Translations under genes and position numbers: made by a program
Notes under the pieces: model-generated
What the model was told of the DNA's origin: nothing
The model's database searches: none
What the model saw: the letters and a program-made list of their open reading frames with translations, nothing else
Shown here: one piece after another, positions 61,218 to 64,000 of the stretch
Layout of the letters: each line of letters begins with the position of its first letter
Position numbering within the stretch: the first letter of the stretch is position 1
Origin: Cyanophyceae cyanobacterium
GTDB lineage: Bacteria; Cyanobacteriota; Cyanobacteriia; Cyanobacteriales; JBHJGN01
DNA length: 64,000 nucleotides
Assembly (NCBI GenBank): GCA_050331735.1
Contig: JBHJGN010000008.1
Location: 1-64,000 of the forward strand
Direction: 5' to 3'

Positions 61218-61832
61218 TCAAAGCCAATGCGCACTCCTGGAAACTTGGCTCGTGATGAACTGATAAACGCCATACCAATTGAGGCTCCATTGGTCATCAA
61301 GATCGAACCAGTGAACCTGGTATTTTCGGCATTCCTGCCTCAAAAAGCGACTGAGGGTCGTAAAATTATTTAAGGCAACGTGCAGCTCTGAGTCGGTATA
61401 TTGATGAGACCAGCAGGACGGATTTATCTTGGCGTAGTCACGAATATCTTGAATTTTTTGTTCAATATCAAGACAGTTATAGAGCAGAAAAACACTACAG
61501 ACAAATCCTTGTTTTCTTAATTGCGCCACGGACTCTGGAAGCACGTAGCAAGATTCAAAGATACTGATATTGTAGTCTAAACCTTTACCCATGTTTCTAA
61601 CGAGCTTGACCAGATAATTTTGCATGGGCAGCAGGTAGTCTCTGTAGTTATTCGTGTCAATCGTGTCGAAATTGGGAGCAAAGGCATTTTTGTAATTGTT
61701 TTTAATGGCATTCACCAGAGTATCGCCATGCATCACCAGACCGTGATAGCGATCAAAGAGTTTCTTGGCCAAAATGGACTTGCCAGTTCTGGGAACTCCG
61801 CCAATAATTATCTTGGGATGAACTTGAATCAT
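61218..61832 (-). CDS. P-loop kinase-like hypothetical protein
   Basis: IIIGGVPRTGKS Walker A at the N-terminus. Confidence 0.6.
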   Translation of the reverse strand: MIQVHPKIIIGGVPRTGKSILAKKLFDRYHGLVMHGDTLVNAIKNNYKNAFAPNFDTIDTNNYRDYLLPMQNYLVKLVRNMGKGLDYNISIFESCYVLPESVAQLRKQGFVCSVFLLYNCLDIEQKIQDIRDYAKINPSCWSHQYTDSELHVALNNFTTLSRFLRQECRKYQVHWFDLDDQWSLNWYGVYQFITSQVSRSAHWL

Positions 61833-62280
61833 GGCGAAGACAAATAGCTCTTGGCAGTCCCTCAATTTTACAACAGCGATTATGACAGTTCTTTGGATTT
61901 AGTTTTTTGTGAATTGTTGATTACTCTTTGACGACTGTGCTTATGTTTCAAGGCTTTGAAAAGCCATTTATCAAGCTAAACGGCGGAACATCAAACGGAC
62001 CATAGCGGCATCAACTATGGCTACGCGCACTTCGGGTAAAAGCTCACAGTCTAGGCTCAAACGTCGGGAGCTGATTAACTAGCTAAATGTGCGTTCGACT
62101 CTCCTATGTATATACAGTTACAATATTTAACAGCTTTTCTAAGCTTGCCCCTATAAAATAAAGATACAAACTGCTAGGGGTAAAGCATATTTCCTGCCCT
62201 GCTTTTCCCTTTCCTATCAACTGATTGACAATCAATTCAGCAATTGATGGGTCAGATCTTAGGTGGGAATCACAATACCT

Positions 62281-62484
62281 ATGATAGCTACTACAAACAC
62301 AGCTCTTCGGGAAGACGTTCACCAACTAGCAGAACGGGCTTTCAAAAATAACCTAATTTCTGGCTATGGTGATGGTCAGTACCAAGAAGAGTATCAACTG
62401 GTTCTTCATGGTAAACCCCGGCACTATAGCTTAGAACGTGCCTACTTAATCTTGAGAAACTTACTGAACAGTCAATTTAACTGA
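62281..62484 (+). CDS. Small hypothetical protein
   Basis: 67 aa with LISGYGDG motif; terminator downstream. Confidence 0.6.
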   Translation: MIATTNTALREDVHQLAERAFKNNLISGYGDGQYQEEYQLVLHGKPRHYSLERAYLILRNLLNSQFN

Positions 62485-62594
62485 ATCTGTTGTTTTTGGC
62501 AAAAACTCTTCACTTTTAATCGCTAGTTTATTCTTGATCAGGTTCTGCAACATCAGTCTCCTAAAGCTATTAGCAATCGATTCTCTTATTTGTC

Positions 62595-62623
62595 ACCGAC
62601 TCTAGCTCTACGAGTCGGTTTTT
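62595..62623 (+). terminator. Intrinsic terminator
   Basis: ACCGACTC-N9-GAGTCGGT followed by a T-run. Confidence 0.6.
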
Positions 62624-62629
62624 AATGCT

Positions 62630-62809
62630 CTACACTAAGTGACGGCTGGCAAGTAGATGCTAAAATAGCTACACGGTGCATTTCCGCAAATCGGCTGGCT
62701 TGAGCAAGAGTCAGCTTTTCGCGCTGAAAGAGCATGACCGCGATTTCTTGACGCATCTCAACCTCAGTCATGCGAGTTGCGGTGAGAATTTTGTCAGAAC
62801 AATACTCAT
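62630..62809 (-). pseudogene. Frameshifted UPF0175-family remnant
   Basis: Pieces MSIV / SDKILTATRMTEVEMRQEIAVMLFQREKLTLAQASRFAEMHR / HLLASR are separated by frameshifts. Confidence 0.7.
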
Positions 62810-63151
62810 GGCTCGATTCCTCGCTACCCTGACTATTCTGCGCTTCTGAGCAAGCAAATGACTGTATTCTATCCGAGCCAGCTCACGCTACGTTGGTGCG
62901 GACGGCACAAAGACTATCGATGAGAGTTCGAGGTTATCTGCCGCCGCACGACTTCACCTTTAGCTTCTACTTCTTGCAAGGATTCCTTTTCCCTTTCCCC
63001 GTTCCGCCGGGACAGTTTCCCCCTATTGTTCGTTGTCTTATGACCTGTTACCGGCAAACTGTTGATCATTTCTTAACGTGAAGGCAGAGAGTGCTTAAAC
63101 TTTCTGCGGTACGCTACCTATGCCTAAACTAAAATTCACGGTAGTTAAGAA

Positions 63152-64000
63152 ATGGTTACTGTTGACAGTACACGCTTTTCTCAATTTAACGTTTCTCTAT
63201 TTCGCAATGAAGCAGGCGAACTGAACGAAGATTTATCAACCCCAGATAACGAACAGATCCAGAACGTTGCTGAAATTATTCAGCGGACAAATCCCGACGT
63301 GCTGCTGGTCAACGAGTTCGACTACGACCCCAATGGCACTGCTGCCGCGCTGTTTCAGGAGAACTATTTGTCTGTCAGTCAGAATGGAGTCGATCCGGTC
63401 GAGTATCCCTACGTTTATCTCGCTCCCTCCAACACCGGTATTCCTTCTAACTTTGACCTAGACAACAATGGCGAAGTCGTCACCACACCTGGCGAACCCG
63501 GATACGGCAACGATGCGTTTGGCTTTGGTAATTTTCCGGGGCAGTTTGCGATGGTGCTGTACTCCAAGTTTCCAATTGTGGAAGACGAAGTACGCACCTT
63601 TCAAACCTTCCTCTGGCAGGATATGCCCAATTCCCTGCTGCCGGAAGATTTCTACTCAGAAGCAGAACAGGAGGTGTTTCGCCTGTCTTCTAAAAGTCAC
63701 TGGGACGTCCCCATCGACATCAACGGGGAGGTGGTCCACGTCCTGGCCAGTCACCCTACTCCCCCCGTCTTTGACGGCGACGAAGACCGCAACGGTCGTC
63801 GCAACCATGACGAGATTCGTTTCTGGGCAGACTACGTGACTCCCGGTGCTGGCGACTATATTTATGACGACGCTGGCAATACCGGGGGACTCGCCGCCGG
63901 AGAACGGTTTGTGATTATGGGCGACCAAAACGCCGATCCGTTCGATGGTGACGACACCGACGATGCGAGTCTGCAACTGCTCGATAACCCGCAGATCAAC
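63152..64000 (+). CDS. Endonuclease/exonuclease/phosphatase-domain protein (phytase/alkaline-phosphatase-type N-terminus), runs off the window
   Basis: Not in the ORF track. MVTVDSTRFSQFNVSL...AEIIQRTNPDVLLVNEFDY...PSNTG...RLSSKSHWD...SHPTPPVFDG...RNHDEIRFW...MGDQNADP. Confidence 0.88.
   Translation, partial: MVTVDSTRFSQFNVSLFRNEAGELNEDLSTPDNEQIQNVAEIIQRTNPDVLLVNEFDYDPNGTAAALFQENYLSVSQNGVDPVEYPYVYLAPSNTGIPSNFDLDNNGEVVTTPGEPGYGNDAFGFGNFPGQFAMVLYSKFPIVEDEVRTFQTFLWQDMPNSLLPEDFYSEAEQEVFRLSSKSHWDVPIDINGEVVHVLASHPTPPVFDGDEDRNGRRNHDEIRFWADYVTPGAGDYIYDDAGNTGGLAAGERFVIMGDQNADPFDGDDTDDASLQLLDNPQIN

Noticed and set aside
1881..63976. Many short antisense or overlapping ORFs in the six-frame track
   Set aside because: They are shadows of well-supported genes on the other strand or frame, with no motifs or ribosome-binding sites.

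Overview
This is a chromosomal segment of a cyanobacterium: it has phycobiliprotein genes apcF and apcD, very frequent HIP1 octamers (GCGATCGC), NtcA boxes and heptamer-type intergenic repeats. The housekeeping backbone is glnA, ispG, ebsA, dusA, grxC-gshB, rel/spoT-patD-csaB, aroK-argB, pfkA and hisA. Accessory or decaying DNA is interleaved with it. This includes the 3' end of an IS630-type transposase, an internally deleted IS200/IS605 tnpB element, two type II TA pairs and several nonsense or frameshift pseudogenes. It also includes a 3.3-kb non-autonomous Tn3-family derivative with 51-bp terminal IRs, a tnpA C-terminal stub and AraC + AKR + SDR cargo. The most notable loci are: (i) a GluR0-like ligand-gated K+ channel next to a membrane-anchored orphan TAXI protein, close to glnA; (ii) a chromosomal CyRepA1-type primase-helicase flanked by an unannotated 31-aa ORF and a divergent protein resembling the PriL C-terminal domain; (iii) an isolated trio of cyanobacterial T4SS-type genes (VirB10-like plus two partners); (iv) a DXCF cyanobacteriochrome kinase with its response regulator; (v) a dispersed family of 13-14-nt mini-hairpins in G/A-rich tracts. 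I saw no rRNA, tRNA or CRISPR array. All protein calls come from motif recognition by eye; no database searches were run.
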